64,000 nucleotides of DNA from Lingula anatina (GCA_051362555.1 CM120641.1:49172401-49236400); one strand, 5' to 3'. Numbered from the stretch's first letter, positions 12,001 to 25,439 are shown. Notes: generated from the letters alone by a model not told the origin. Program-made: numbers and translations.

Positions 12001-15000
12001 GTAGAGATGATGAGACTGGGAGAGAACATGGTGGAGTACTCTCAGGGCTTCAAGTTCTACATGACCACCAGGCTGAGGAACCCACACTATATGCCTGAAG
12101 TCTCAGTCAAGGTACAGCTCAGTGTGAACACTGTTTGTTTTCATTGAAATGATGCTACATATGAGGGGAATTTTATAAGCATTTTATTTTATCTACAAGG
12201 TAGATATTCATGTGATTGTCTGTGTTTTACAGGTGTGCTTACTGAACTTCATGATCACTCCTAAGGGTCTGGAGGACCAGCTGCTGGGTATTGTGGCTGC
12301 TAAGGAGAAGCCTGAGCTGGAAGAGAAGAAAAATCAGCTTGTCTTGGAGAGTGCTGCCAACAAAAAGCAGCTCAAGGAAATTGAGGACAAAATTTTGGAA
12401 GTGCTTTCTAGTTCAGAGGTATGTAGGTCAAGCAGTAGAAAAAGAGCACTTGTTTTATAAGTTGAGATTTTTCATGACACGTTTTTTTTACCTTAACTCA
12501 AATGGCAGACCCAATCTTTGCTAAAAACAGTGAAGTGAACACAGTGAATATGTTCACATTTGTACTGATTTCAGGGCAACATTCTGGAAGATGAGACAGC
12601 CATCAAGATCCTGTCCTCCTCCAAGACTCTCTCTGAGGAGATCTCAGCCAAGCAGGAGATAGCTAATGTCACAGAGAAAGAGATAGATGAGACAAGGAGC
12701 GGGTATCTCCCAGTGGCTGTTCACTCCTCCATACTGTTCTTCTGCATATCAGAGCTGGCCAACATAGAACCTATGTACCAGTACTCACTGACCTGGTTCA
12801 TCAACTTATACCTACAGGTAAGAGCTGGTTCTACTGGTACAATACAACATAGAACCTATGTACCAGTACTCACTGACCTTATTTGAGTAGCTATAAATGC
12901 ATACTGTCGTTATTCTAAAAATGACAATGTTTATTCTTTCAGTCTATCATCAATAGTGAACCAGCGTCTGAGTTGGAGGAAAGAATTCATAACCTCAATG
13001 ACCACTTCACCAACAGTATATATCGTAATGTCTGCCGTTCACTGTTTGAGAAGGACAAGCTACTCTTTTCCTTTGTGCTCAGCATTGGCATTCTGAATGG
13101 AAGGTACAGTGAACATACCTACTTGGTTTGTGTAATGGTGCTGCTGTGCAATAAAACAAACATATACATGGTTTATAACTCCTGGCTACAATGGCAAGAA
13201 ATAATGTCTTTGTGACTGGTAATCAATTGTATATATTATACTGCAACCTGACTTGATGTCTCATTTAAATTTTCAGTGGTAAAATAGATGACCAAGTATG
13301 GCGTTTCCTGCTGACTGGTGGTGTTGGCATGGATAACCCTCACCCCAATCCTGCCCCAGAGTGGCTCACAGAGAAATCATGGTCAGAGATTGTCAGGGCA
13401 TCAAATCTACCCAATCTACAGGGCCTCTTTGAACGTAAGTAGTAGATATGTGACATGATGAAATTACGTATTCTGCAGAAGAATGTGATGTATTATATAT
13501 GATTCATGAGAGTTGTAACTGATTGTCTTGATGGTTAATTTCACAATAGTAATTAGATCTTGCATCATTTCAGATGTGCGTGACAACATTGGTGAGTGGA
13601 AGAAGATGTATGACTCCCCCAACCCCCATGAGTTCAAGTATCCATCCCCCTATGACACCCTAGGGGGTCTGGACAAGATGGTGGTCCTCAGGGTGTTACG
13701 TCCAGATAAGATTGTCCCTGCTGTTCAGGAGTTCATTGTGGACAATCTGGGCCAGTCTTATATAGAGCCTCCGACCTTTGACCTGGCCGGGTCATTTGCT
13801 GACTCCCATTGCTGTGCCCCCCTGATCTTTGTGCTGTCCCCAGGGGCGGACCCCATGGCTGCTCTGCTGAAGTATGGGGAGGACAGAGGCTACTCCACGG
13901 GGAACAATAAGATTCAGACCATTTCTTTGGGACAAGGACAGGTAAGACAGAGGAAACTTCAGAGTATGCTGTGAGACTTCTGATACTATATTCCTTGGTC
14001 ATAGTGAATGTATATTTAAAAAAGCAACAACTGTCCTTCAACAACTACCTCTTCTGTGGTCTATTTAACTTTGTTAAGTCTCTGTGGTTTAAAATATTTT
14101 ATTACTTCCGTAGGGTCCCATTGCTGCCAACATGATAGACAATGCCATCAAGGATGGGAGCTGGGTTGTCTTGCAGAACTGCCATCTAGCAACTAGTTGG
14201 ATGCCCAAACTGGAGAAGATTTGTGAAGAGGTACTAATGCAACTTAAATTCAAAACAAAGCACTTGATTAAACAGTGGTGCACAATTGTAATGTTTCTTG
14301 GTAATTTTCAGAAAGTCATCTCTTTAAGTTATTATACATTTTGTGGTTACTACATGTATGAATTAAATTATCATTCTTCCAGACCATAATTCCTGAGAGC
14401 ACTAACCCAGATTTCCGTCTTTGGTTGACCAGTTACCCCTCCAATGACTTCCCTGTGGCCATATTACAAAATGGTGAGTAGAAGTCTATCAGTAAGTTAT
14501 TGTGCTGGCATTATAGCATGGTGGAAATATAAATGAAAAAATCCCTTGTTATTTGACTCTTTCTGTTGTGTTTTTAGGTGTAAGGACACATTAATGTCTT
14601 GATATTTATGCTGTCTGTGTTGTGGTTTCTAGGTGTAAAGACACATTAATGTTTTGATATTTATACTGTCTGTGTTGTGGTTTCTGGGTGTAAAGACACA
14701 TTAATGTTTTGATATTTATGCTGTCTGTGTTGTGGTTTCTAGGTGTAAAGACACATTAATGTTTTGATATTTAAGCTGTCTGTGTTGTGGTTTCTGGGTG
14801 TAAAGACACATTAATGTTTTGATATTTATGCTGTCTGTGTTGTGGTTTCCAGGTGTAAAGACACATTAATGTTTTGATATTTATACTGTCTGTGTTGTGG
14901 TTTCCAGGTGTAAAGATGACCAATGAGCCTCCTAAAGGATTGAGAGCTAACCTTCTGAGGTCATACCTCAATGACCCAATCTCTGACCCTGCCTTCTTCA

Positions 15001-17933
15001 ACAGCTGTAACAAGGTAAAGATACTGAATACAGCTCTGGGCTCATTAAGAACTTTCTTAAGCTTTAAGCTACATGCTCCAAACTGAATAATTTGATTCGG
15101 GCACCTGTTATTTTATCTATCCTCTCCACCTTTCACCTTGATATTCCTTCCCACCTTTCACCTTGATATGGTGTTTGTTTCAGCCTGAGAAGTGGCACAA
15201 GATGCTGTTTGGGCTGTGTTTCTTCCATGCATTGGTCCAGGAGAGGAGGAAGTTTGGTCCCTTGGGCTGGAACATTCCCTATGAATTCAACGAGTCTGAC
15301 CTCAGGATCAGTATGAGGCAAATGCTGGTAAGTGGACAGTTAAGGAATTATTGTCAGTAGTTTTACCTAAAGGTTTTAGACATAGACATAAAAATGGGGG
15401 TTGTGGTTGTATATGACGTAAACTGATTTCTATCTGACTGCGGATTGTGGCCTGATGATAACAGCTCCCTCTCTCTCTGTTTGTAGATGTTCCTGAATGA
15501 CTATGAGGAGCTCCAGCTACAGGCCCTCACCTACCTGACTGGAGAGTGTAACTATGGAGGAAGAGTCACTGATGACAAAGACAGGCGTCTGCTGGCTAAT
15601 CTGCTCTCCATATTTTACAATGAGGACATCATCTTTGATGACAATTACAAGTAAGAAAACTATTTCAGCAAACACAGTGAGTAAATCTACACAGCACGCC
15701 TAACACATTGTCACAACAGATGTTAATATACAGAGCACCTTACTATTTCTTTATTCTTCGTTACTCTGTTGTCCAGGTTCTCTCCCAGTGGTATCTACAG
15801 TGCTCCACAGGAAGGCCAGTATCAGAGTTACATAGACTACATCCGCAGTCTGCCACTGAATGTAAACCCTGAGGTGTATGGCCTCCATGAAAATGCTGAC
15901 ATCACTAAAGATAACCAAGAGACCAACCAGGTATTATGTCTTTGATATCTATTACCTGGTCAGCTTCTTCTGCTGCCAGTTTTTATATTAGTTTTGTGAC
16001 CAAGCTAGCACAGTGATCACTGGTCCTTAGAAATGATATCTCAACACTCACAGTTGTCTGTTGTCTTTCCAGCTGTTTGACAATATTCTGCTGACCTTAC
16101 CCAGACAGAGTGGTGGAGGAGGCAAGTCCTCTGAGGAGATGATTGAAGATCTAGCTGCTGATGTTCTGGGAAAACTACCACAAGTCTACAACTTAGAGAA
16201 GGTGAGCATGGCAGAAATGAGATCAGTGAGGATCAGTGCCCTGGAGCACACCTTTGTCTCTGAGATCTGGGGGCTGATATTCAAATGATGCCAGTTAATA
16301 TTTTGGTTAACATTTCAGACAGGAAAATCCCTGGTATACAATCTCATTAAGAGAACAGGTGTTGCTGATGTAACCATAAATTCACCAGAAATATACCTAT
16401 CCATACATATATATTTTGTAACTTCAAGTTTCATCATGCAGAAATGAAAAGGCTCATGAAGACTATGTTTATATTGTGACTTATATATATATCTATATAT
16501 TCCAGGTAATGGAGCAGTACCCAGTATTGTACACAGAGTCTATGAATACTGTATTGATATTGTGACTTACATATATATCTATATATTCCAGGTAATGGAG
16601 CAGTATCCAGTATTGTACACAGAGTCTATGAATACTGTACTCAGACAGGAACTTATTCGCTTCAACAGACTTATTGTGGTTGTGCGAGAATCATTACAGA
16701 ATCTACGCAAAGCTATCAAGGGTGAGTTCAGTATATAGAAGTAGCAGTGGTTAGACATGTAGGAGAGAGTATGATAAGTGGCAGTGATTTAGTAGAATAG
16801 ATGTCTGTGACTGGAAAAAGTTTATTTAAAAAGAGATGTTTATGTTTAAAGAGTTCTTTTTGTTGAGTTAATATTTTAATATTCATACACTGGTTTAGTT
16901 TTTTAAAAAATCTGCCAGGTGGTTCTTCATACTGTAAGTTTATGCTCTGTCCTGTTTAGGTTTGGTGGTGATGTCCTCAGAGTTGGAGGAAGTATTTGAC
17001 AGTATGTTAATAGGCAAGGTGCCCTCTGTGTGGGCAGCCAAGTCCTATCCTTCCCTCAAACCACTGGGCAGCTATGTAGCAGACTTACTGCAGAGGTAAG
17101 GAACTCAAATATCCACATCACACACTGTGTAAAACATGGTACCTTAATACAATAACTCAAATCTATAATTAAAAGAAGTGGAAACATTTATTAATTAACT
17201 TTTCACAAAACATTGATTTCTTGCAAATAAGGCACTTGTAACATTTTAAAGCAAGATTTTTGATTTGTTTTAGACTCAAGTTTCTTCAAGACTGGATAGA
17301 CATGGGAATTCCAAAAGTATTCTGGATCTCTGGCTTCTATTTCACACAGTCGTTCTTGACAGGTAACAACACATTGGTTGAGTGAACATTGTTTAATCAA
17401 AATATTCATTTTTCTTTTGGCCATCTACAGCAATAAAGAATAAAACTTATTCTAATTGGAGTTATTTTTCAACTTCAAAGTTATTTCCACTTTCATGCGG
17501 AAAAAGAAATTATCAGTTTTAAACCAAGTACATTTTGAGGTATAAATCATTGCTGACACTTGTATATATTTTGCAGGTGTGAGTCAGAACTATGCCAGGA
17601 AGTATAAGATCCCTATTGATATGTTAAACTTTGAGTTTGAGGTGACCCGAGAAGAGAAAGAGATGGAGGAAAAGCCAGAAGATGGTGCATATGTCAATGT
17701 AAGAACCCGGCACAACTGACACACTGAACCCGGCACAACTGACACACTGAACCCGGCACAACTGACACACTCAACCTGGCACAACTGACACACTCAACCT
17801 GGACATAGCATAACTGACACACTGAATGCTGAATATGTCACCATTGACACACAATACAGGGAACAAGAAATGAAGGGCTAAAACTGTCACCCCCTCTCAC
17901 AATGTTTTTTTTTCTGTTTCTGTTGGTTTTACT

Positions 17934-17997
<64 letters not shown>

Positions 17998-18439
17998 ACT
18001 CCCCCTTGATTTTACCTGAGTGTTGTGTGGTTAATGTTAATAACAAGGTCTGTTGTATAAAGAGACAGAAAGAAAGGGCAGTGTTATTCGTTCCAATCTT
18101 GATTTTAGCTATGTCAGAGTTGTATAATTTATGTTTTGACAGGGTCTGTTCCTGGAGGGAGCACGCTGGGACAGAGAGAAGATGTTGCTGGCCGAGTCAC
18201 ACCCTAAGATTCTGTTTGACACTCTGCCAGTCATCTGGCTGAAGCCCGCCAAGATGGACAGCATTGTGGTAGAGAACAGCTATACCTGTCCAGTGTACAA
18301 GACCAGTGCTCGCAGAGGGACACTGTCCACCACAGGTCACTCCACTAACTTTGTCCGCTATATTGAGCTGCCCTCTGACAGGCCACAGAAACACTGGATC
18401 AATAGGGGCGTGGCCTCCCTCTGCCAGCTGGATGACTAA
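1..18439 (+). CDS. DNAH3: Axonemal inner-arm dynein heavy chain, DNAH3-like; 5'-truncated by the window, about 42 GT-AG exons from AAA2 to the C-terminus
   Basis: Spliced exons give dynein motifs: [31 protein letters not shown]|[43 protein letters not shown], stalk/[43 protein letters not shown], and C-terminal [19 protein letters not shown]. The YLNDPISD and [10 protein letters not shown] wording favours DNAH3 over DNAH7/12 (from recall). AATAAA near 18997 and 19188. Confidence 0.92.
951..1250 (+). repeat. 75-bp x4 tandem repeat spanning a dynein acceptor
   Basis: Unit = intron 3' end + TTCAG + first 33 nt of exon. AGs end at 992, 1067, 1142 and 1217 (functional). Confidence 0.95.
1779..2013 (+). 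repeat. 83-bp x3 tandem repeat spanning a dynein acceptor
   Basis: tctctgataatctgtgtgtttcag|atcaccctgtggctccagg... AGs end at 1804, 1887 and 1970 (functional). Confidence 0.95.
3270..3610. repeat. 69-bp intronic minisatellite, about 5 copies
   Basis: Unit tatgatacagtatatgtctgtgtgtgttggtgtgtatgatatacaatgtatcatatgacatcctgtgtg; ends about 25 nt before the acceptor at 3636. Confidence 0.9.
7510..7885 (+). repeat. 106-bp x4 tandem repeat spanning a dynein acceptor
   Basis: aatataacaattgttgtatattccag|gcytggccagaagatgcyctagagatggtg; AGs end at 7537, 7643, 7749 and 7855 (functional). Confidence 0.95.
11380..11753. repeat. 31-bp minisatellite, about 12 copies, starting just after a dynein donor
   Basis: Unit tagaatacaataggctggataactgatgtag follows exon end gagaatatag|gtgtgttctggataact. 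Confidence 0.9.
14571..14916 (+). repeat. 55-bp x6 tandem repeat spanning a dynein acceptor
   Basis: Acceptor positions 14577 (TAG), 14632 (TAG), 14687 (TGG), 14742 (TAG), 14797 (TGG), 14852 (CAG) and 14907 (CAG, functional), each followed by gtgtaaRga. Confidence 0.95.
17936..17996. repeat. (GA)n microsatellite in the last dynein intron
   Basis: Direct reading. Confidence 0.95.
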
Positions 18440-20262
18440 ATCTTCTCTATCACAATATCACTGAGTACAACTACAGCAATTGCTTTACCCAACACAATAT
18501 CAGAGACTACTAATAATGAAGATACACTGAAAATCTTGATTTTGATAAATAATTGCTCATTCCAATTAAATATTACAAAGAACAAATTTTAAAATGGTCA
18601 CAATACATTAAATTGTGTAAATTTTTTTTGTATAAATATTTGTCTGCCTGATTTCACACTGAATTATTTTTGTATGTATTTACACAAGATCTTGGGTGAT
18701 GTTTTTTTTGCCCATTCATTCAATGAGGATTTCCGTCCAATTTACCTTGTTTTGTATATATACTTATGTAAGCTGCCATGTTTTGAAAGAGCGTTGTGAT
18801 AATATTATTAAGTGGGTTGCCAAATTTTGTACCAGACCAAAAACCTTGAAATGATAAGCTTCTGTAATATAAAGTGCCCAGTTGTGATTTTCTTGATGTG
18901 ATAGCACATAGATTTATGGTCTGTACTGTGCATAATATTTGATGACAAATTACCAGAAGTAAACATTTTTTACTGATACTAAAACGATATTAATAGAATA
19001 AAAGCTTGGACATTACAGTATATTACACAGTGAAAGTGTGGATATTACATGTCATATAAACTCTAGAGTCCTAACAATGTGACGTGAAGATCATTTCAGT
19101 ATATCCAATTCCTCATTACTTAGTACTGTATAACTTATTGATGTGTGACGTGCCCCTTCTGTACATAATATAATCCATGTGTCCAGAAATAAAAGTATAT
19201 CCTTGTAAGCTGTGGTATTTATTTATTTATTCAAGATGTCTGTATGTTGGTGGAGCTCTACATCAGCAAAGTGTAGCCAGACCAATACTGCTTCAAATTA
19301 CTGTTAGACTCCCTGTTGTTTGTTAGCCTCCACTGACCTGGTTTTCTGACAGGATTTTTTTTTATCAAAAATACTGTAATTTCATCATCACAATAAGTCG
19401 GTACTATACTGATCCCTTCAGAAATGGCCAAATTGATGCTGAAAATCATACTTGCAATAAAATATTGCCTTCAATTCTTGGTAGCTGAAAATTCTGGGTA
19501 CTGTCTCCAGGAATATAAATGTAATTGTTGCATTGTCTGAAGAATACGTGACACAGAAATACATTATCCATTTATACATTATCAAAAGGTTCTATGTAGA
19601 CAGGATATTGGTGGCAAATGGAGATATCTTGAATCAGAGAACAATTTCCACAATAAATTCTATGAGTTATCAGGCAAGAGGTGCAGGAAGAGGGGCACGA
19701 GTGGCCGAAGCATTATGAGGGTGGGAGGAAGGGACTCGGGAGTGGGGTGTATGTGTAAGGGGAGCGGTGGGGTGGATGAAGAACGCAAATTGCTATGGGA
19801 ATAAGGCCCGGCGAGGGTAAGAAAGGGTACGTAGGGTGCAGGAGGGGACACGGGTCCGGGGGGGGGGGGGGGTTGAAAGTACCCGGGGGGGGGGGGGGAA
19901 GGTAATAAATATCTAAGCAAAATTGTGGCTGCCATTGTGATGACACGAGAAAATACTGCTAGATCACTGCTTATGGTGCATTTAATCTATCAGAAGAAGA
20001 ACCAAACAGATAAGCCTAGTAAAATCTTTTCTTAATGCTGCACTTATCGCATTGCCTGTGATAAAAGGTCATCTGATTGCACAGCGTACAAGGGGAGGAA
20101 CCATGTCAGCTGAGACAGTTCCTGTGTACACAGCTATGGACGACCGGTACTGAACGTCAACACAGCACAGTTAGTTTACCAGTTCTCTACCATCACCACA
20201 CTGTGGGTACCCGGCAAGGGAGTTCAGCGGGTCAGAGCAGAATTCCTTCCCATTAGTTGACG

Positions 20263-23118
20263 ATGACGCTCCGGGATTGGTGGAGAGAGCACAAGCATGA
20301 CCTGCGAACGGTCATCACCGTGGAACCGCTTACGTTCTTATTCACGATATCTTTGTTTCTCACTTTTCCAGCTTCACAGGCGCTGTACATCCAGAAAATA
20401 TGCCTGGCTAAGTATAAAGATGACGTTGTATGTAGTAACCTGAGCGCTTACCATGTACAGCAAGACTATGTCCAGACGGAAACCTCGAGGTTCTTTCTGT
20501 ACAGCATCAGTGTAGATACCTTGTTGGCCATGGGGTCGGCTTTGTTCATGGGCTCCTGGGGAGACAAGATAAATCGCAAGATCCCCATGATCCTGCCTAT
20601 CACTGGACAAATCTTGGCCAATGTGAACTATTTTATCAACTCGTTCAACCCTGACTGGCCCGTCCCCGTGCTTCTGATCAGCCCGGTGTTCGCGGGCACC
20701 ATGGGGGGATTTGCCACCTACCTTCTCTCCGTGTTCAGTTACGTCTCTGTAGTGTCACAGGGAGCCAAAGAACGCATTATCCGCCTCAGCATAACTGAGG
20801 GTATCCTCCAACTAGGCGCTGCTGTGGCCCTGGTCATATCAGGCCCGCTAGTAGAGCGCCTTGGGTTCTCTGTCACCTTCGGGGTATCCGTCGCAAGCGC
20901 CACGCTATCTTTGCTCTATACTGTCTTCTGGATCAGGGACCCAGCGGTAAAAACAAAGAATACAGGCGATGAGGGCGAAGAGAAGAAACGCTCCTTGTGT
21001 TCAAAGTTGTTTGATTGCAGCCACATCATAGAATCCGTGAAATGTTACTTCAAAGTGCGGAAGGGATATCGCAGATTTGTGCTGTGGTCATGTTTGGTGA
21101 TATTCATGGTGATTATGGTGACTCTCGGAGGTAAGGAGGGGATAAGATGTGCCATAGACTTTTTTGTGATGTCACGGTGTTTGGTGTGATGCCAGGATGT
21201 TTAATGTGATGTCACGGTATTTGGTGTGATGCCAGGATGTTTAATGTGATGTCACGGTGTTTGGTGTGATGCCAGGATGTTTAATGTGATGTCACGGTGT
21301 TTGGTGTGATGCCAGGATGTTTAATGTGATGTCACGGTATTTGGTGTGATGCCAGGATGTTTAATGTGATGTCACGGTGTTTGGTGTGATGCCAGGATGT
21401 TTAATGTGATGTCACGGTATTTGGTGTGATGCCAGGATGTTTAATGTGATGTCACGGTGTTTGGTGTGATGCCAGGGTATTTAATTTGATGTCACGGTGT
21501 TTGGTGTGATGCCAGGGTATTTAATTTGATGTCACGGTGGTTGGTATGATGCCAGGGTATTTAATTTGATGTCACGGTGTTTGGTGTGATATGCCAGGAT
21601 GTTTAATGTGATGTCACGGTGTTTGGTGCGTTGTCAAATTGTTTGGTGTGATATTCAGGGTGTCAATGATGGCTGTAGGAGTTTTAACTTAAAAGTTGTC
21701 GGTATGATGTCAGTTTTTGGTGTGACGTCACTGTTCGAGTTGTGATGTCACAGTTTTTGGTGTGATATATCCTGTGTGTGTGCCGATATTCAAGGTGCCA
21801 GGGGTAGCTATCAGAGGTATTTAAGTAAGGTGAGGGTATGATATCACAATGGAATGATAGTATCCAAGTATCATGTAACGGGAGCATCAAATATTATACA
21901 GCATGCCCTTCCTATTGTTTTAAGAAAGCAACCCTATTCGATAAAATACATTTTATTTGAGCTATTTGTAAAACGTAAAGGCATGTTGTCAGTGTCTTAA
22001 ACCGCCTTCAGTTTCATTCTGTAGAAAACATGTTTCCCAAATCCAAACATTGTTGGCAAATGAATAATTCACATATATAGTATCTGTCAGGGTCTTTTGA
22101 CATCTCTCTGTTGTTCCTGCGTTACTCTATTCCTAACTGGACCCTGACTCTGTACGGCATATACACTGGCCTGAAGAACGCTCTGCAGATGCTAGGGTTG
22201 CTGGTTATCCTTCCTCTGTTCAAGAGGTTCCTGGCTCTAGAAGACACCAGTCTGGTCATCATTGGTCAGGTGAGCTCTGTCTTAGGACAGGTGCTCCTCG
22301 CTTTCAGCAACACAGTGTGGATGGTGATGTTAGGTAAGGACAGGGTCATGTTCTTTTGTCCAACATATCTACGTACCTAGATTTGCATCATTACAATGAT
22401 TTCTGCGTCAAGTTGCATGAAGCTATTCCAAATTTAATTTCTTGATGCGTCATTTGTACTTTTTTAAATGTGCATTTCTGTAATGGAAGGAAACCGTCAT
22501 TTTTCATTATTCTTCTGATTTGCAATTTTCATTGTTAATTTTGGATTTTTAATGACATCCTTCAGTGCCCTTTGCTGGTATGTTGTCTGGCCTCAGCAGT
22601 GCTGCCCTCAGGAGTATTGTGGCCAAGATGGTGGGTCCCGATGAGCAGGGGAAAGCGTTTGCGTTCCTTGGCTGTGCACAGGCTCTTAGCATTCTCATGG
22701 CTAGCCTGATCTTTAACAACCTGTACCCGGCCACCCTCCACTTCCTCCCCGGTTTGTCCTATCTCGTCTGTGCACTCCTTACGGTGGCTGTCATGGCGCT
22801 CACTATGTAAGTTACTTACTGAACATTTATGTCTAGCGTACAGATACTTGAAATATAACTAAAAATAATTAAAATTATTCATTAAGACTCTATTTAAAAT
22901 AAAATAAGGACAAACACAGCTGGTAATATTCTTGCTCTGTTTCTGTTCCACAGTGTTATGCGGTGTTACATGCCAGTAGAAGAGACCACAAACACCCAAG
23001 ACGATCAAACACTGGATAAGTCAGGTACCTGCTCTACTTTTAATTAAATCTATTAAAGTTAAAATAACAGTTTTAAAATGTGAATGTGTTACCATAAAAT
23101 GGCATTTTACAAACTTAA

Positions 23119-23189
<71 letters not shown>

Positions 23190-23303
23190 GGGGGGGGGGG
23201 GGGATCACCGTATGCAGTCACTATACTTGGCAACTATTAACACTCGTTTTTGATTCCAGCGCTGGTGATGAGCATCGAAGAAACGGAGCAATACATGGCG
23301 TAG
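20263..23303 (+). CDS. SLC46-family (PCFT/SLC46A3-like) MFS transporter, paralog 1; coding exons 20263-21130, 22091-22333, 22566-22806, 22954-23024, 23260-23303
   Basis: ITVEP, QKIC...C, GSWGDKINRK, R.IRLSI.EG, LRSIVAKMVGPDEQGKAF and IFNNLYPATLHFLPG are SLC46-type motifs; multiple hydrophobic helices; phases join through GT-AG introns. Confidence 0.88.
21165..21660. repeat. 40-bp minisatellite, about 12 copies, in intron 1 of SLC46 paralog 1
   Basis: Unit gtgatgtcacggtgtttggtgtgatgccaggatgtttaat starts about 35 nt after the donor at 21131. Confidence 0.92.
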
Positions 23304-24754
23304 TTTGTTACAGGGAGATGGCGGACGGACAGGTGGGAGGCACACAGACAGGAAGACTAGAAGAGAGGCAGACGGACAAAAAGACCTTCTTATAAATTCT
23401 TCAGAAAATATACTAAGCCAAGTTCACACATATATCATATAGAAAAGGACAAAAACATTTATTTATATTCAAAATAAAAAAGGCCAATTGTATAGGACCC
23501 GGGTATGGTGTAATAAATTTATTTCTGTGACCGGGTAGATCAATATAACGCAGTTGGTTGGTTCAAAGTTTATTCAACCATAAATTCCAATCCAATAAAA
23601 CAGTAGAATAAAAACAAAACCCCTAAAAGAGATATACAAAGATATTTTTATAATACAGTCGTAATATGATTTCTATGATATAATAAATGATGCTACCAAT
23701 TTAACATGTTCATCTTAAATTAAACTACCAGTCTTACTACAAATCAATGCACAATGTCCGAGAGGGCGTTGTTTAATGACTGAAACGACGAATTACAAGA
23801 CAAGAGGATGTCTGTAATGTGAGTCTGAAAGAGGAATGAAAAATAGTAGTGGAAACACTTCTATTGTAAATACGGAAATACGATAGGAAATTCAAAAAGA
23901 TAGAAACTGAAATACTACATTAACCAACTCACCAACACCAGGCACTGTTAGCCTTTCCGCCGTCTCAGTGCTTGAAATTGGCGCGCTTAGGCTTTATATC
24001 TATTGAATGGTCACGAGATGTATGACCAGATGTCAAGATGACCATGTATCACGTGATGTAAGACCAGATGTCAAGATGACCATGTATCAAGAAATGGGGA
24101 GTACACGAAAAGTACTTAGAACAGTCACGCCAGTCAACACAGAACTATTCAGAAAATATGTCCAATCACACCACACTGGCACATGTTAATCACCAGATAC
24201 TCATCAACTTATGTTAATTTTACGTATTTTATTATAAATTTAGCTGATAAGTTTTGGAATGTTTGACAAGACATTAAAAATGTATAATGGTGACCAAGGT
24301 AATGACTGTACTGACAGTGTTTGTCTTTGTCCCCCAAATTCAAGACATCACATGATATTTGCAGGTGTTATCTGTAACAACCCACTAGTAGATATATCTT
24401 GTTACTGACACCAAGCCTTAATTATACACAGAGATCACGTGTTACATAAAATATAGCCTGTGTCTGCTCATTGTAAAATAAGGAAATATATAACGAATAT
24501 TTTTTCTAGCACAACTTAAACTGTCCTTCAATTCACCCCGGTTTAACAGAGAGTCCCCCATGATAGAGAGTCCGGTTCCCATTCATTTGCACAGGTAAAT
24601 ATCGCCCTAGATTTTGACCCACTTAGGTCAGGCTAACCCTAACCTGTAATTAAATGGAGGGTGGACTCACTGTTACCCTGCAGTTTCGTCACACCGTAGA
24701 GAGGAGACGGTTGGTGAAGTGCACTAATATACTTGAGATTGTTATCTCATCTCA

Positions 24755-25092
24755 AACTAGGAAAGCACTCCGAGAGCGCAGACCTCCGCCAAGGCAGCAA
24801 TTATTATTATTATTATTGATTGATTATTGATCCGGATCACCACCAAAAACTAATCACTTCTAAGTTAACCCTTTTCTGACCTACCCTAAAAATTTCATCA
24901 AAATCGGTCTATAACTTTTAGAGTTATGTTGATGATTGATTTTTGATTATTGATTCTTGATCCGGATCACCACCAAAAACTAATCATCTCTTCCTTGGCC
25001 CACTTCTAACCTACCCTGAAAATTTCATCAAAATCGGTCTTTTTGAGTTATGTTGATGACAGACAAACAAACAGACAGACAAACAGGGGTAA
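24755..25092 (-). mobile_element. Non-autonomous Helitron/Helentron-like short element
   Basis: On the minus strand it ends ccttggcggaggtctgcgctctcggagtgctttcCTAGtt (hairpin + CTAG); has an (ACAG/ACAA)n tract and aaatttcatcaaaatcgg core. Related copies at 43488-43724 and 61845-62046, degraded near 39020-39440. Confidence 0.7.
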
Positions 25093-25439
25093 TAAACGAT
25101 AAACGCTCCGAGGTACTCATGTTTATGCTTTGCAACGAGAAGTATAAAAACCGATATTGTATATGTCTGGGGGGGGGGGGGGAGTTTTTAATCACTAAAA
25201 ATGAATATGCATAAAATGCACGAAAAACCTCATTTTCAGAATCTTGATGATCATAATCCCTGCCAGTCTCCTTAACCTAGCTCTCGTTATCTCAGTTCCA
25301 CATTTTGACCCCGTAGATTTTTTGCACTGCACAGTGACTTGGGTTAATCTCACCTCATTTACAACACGGGACTAAGTTAGTCCTAAGAAATAGTATCATG
25401 TGCTCTGTATGTAGTTCTTACACAACAGAATGCGGCTCA

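Noticed and set aside
745-16645. Dynein decoys as mutually exclusive exons or assembly artefacts
   Set aside because: Copies hold only a fragment of the exon and mostly shift frame, so they are not full alternative exons. Copy-specific substitutions and a range of ages argue against a simple assembly error, though read-level confirmation is still needed.
19258-19520. Possible L1/Tx1 endonuclease remnant (RKPGQWRLTN, minus strand)
   Set aside because: Only a faint motif resemblance; cannot be supported without a profile search.
21089-21660. 40-bp satellite as a derivative of the SLC46 exon 1 end
   Set aside because: Similarity (tgtttggtg..atattca) is short and low-complexity and includes no splice site, so it was not counted as a junction duplication.
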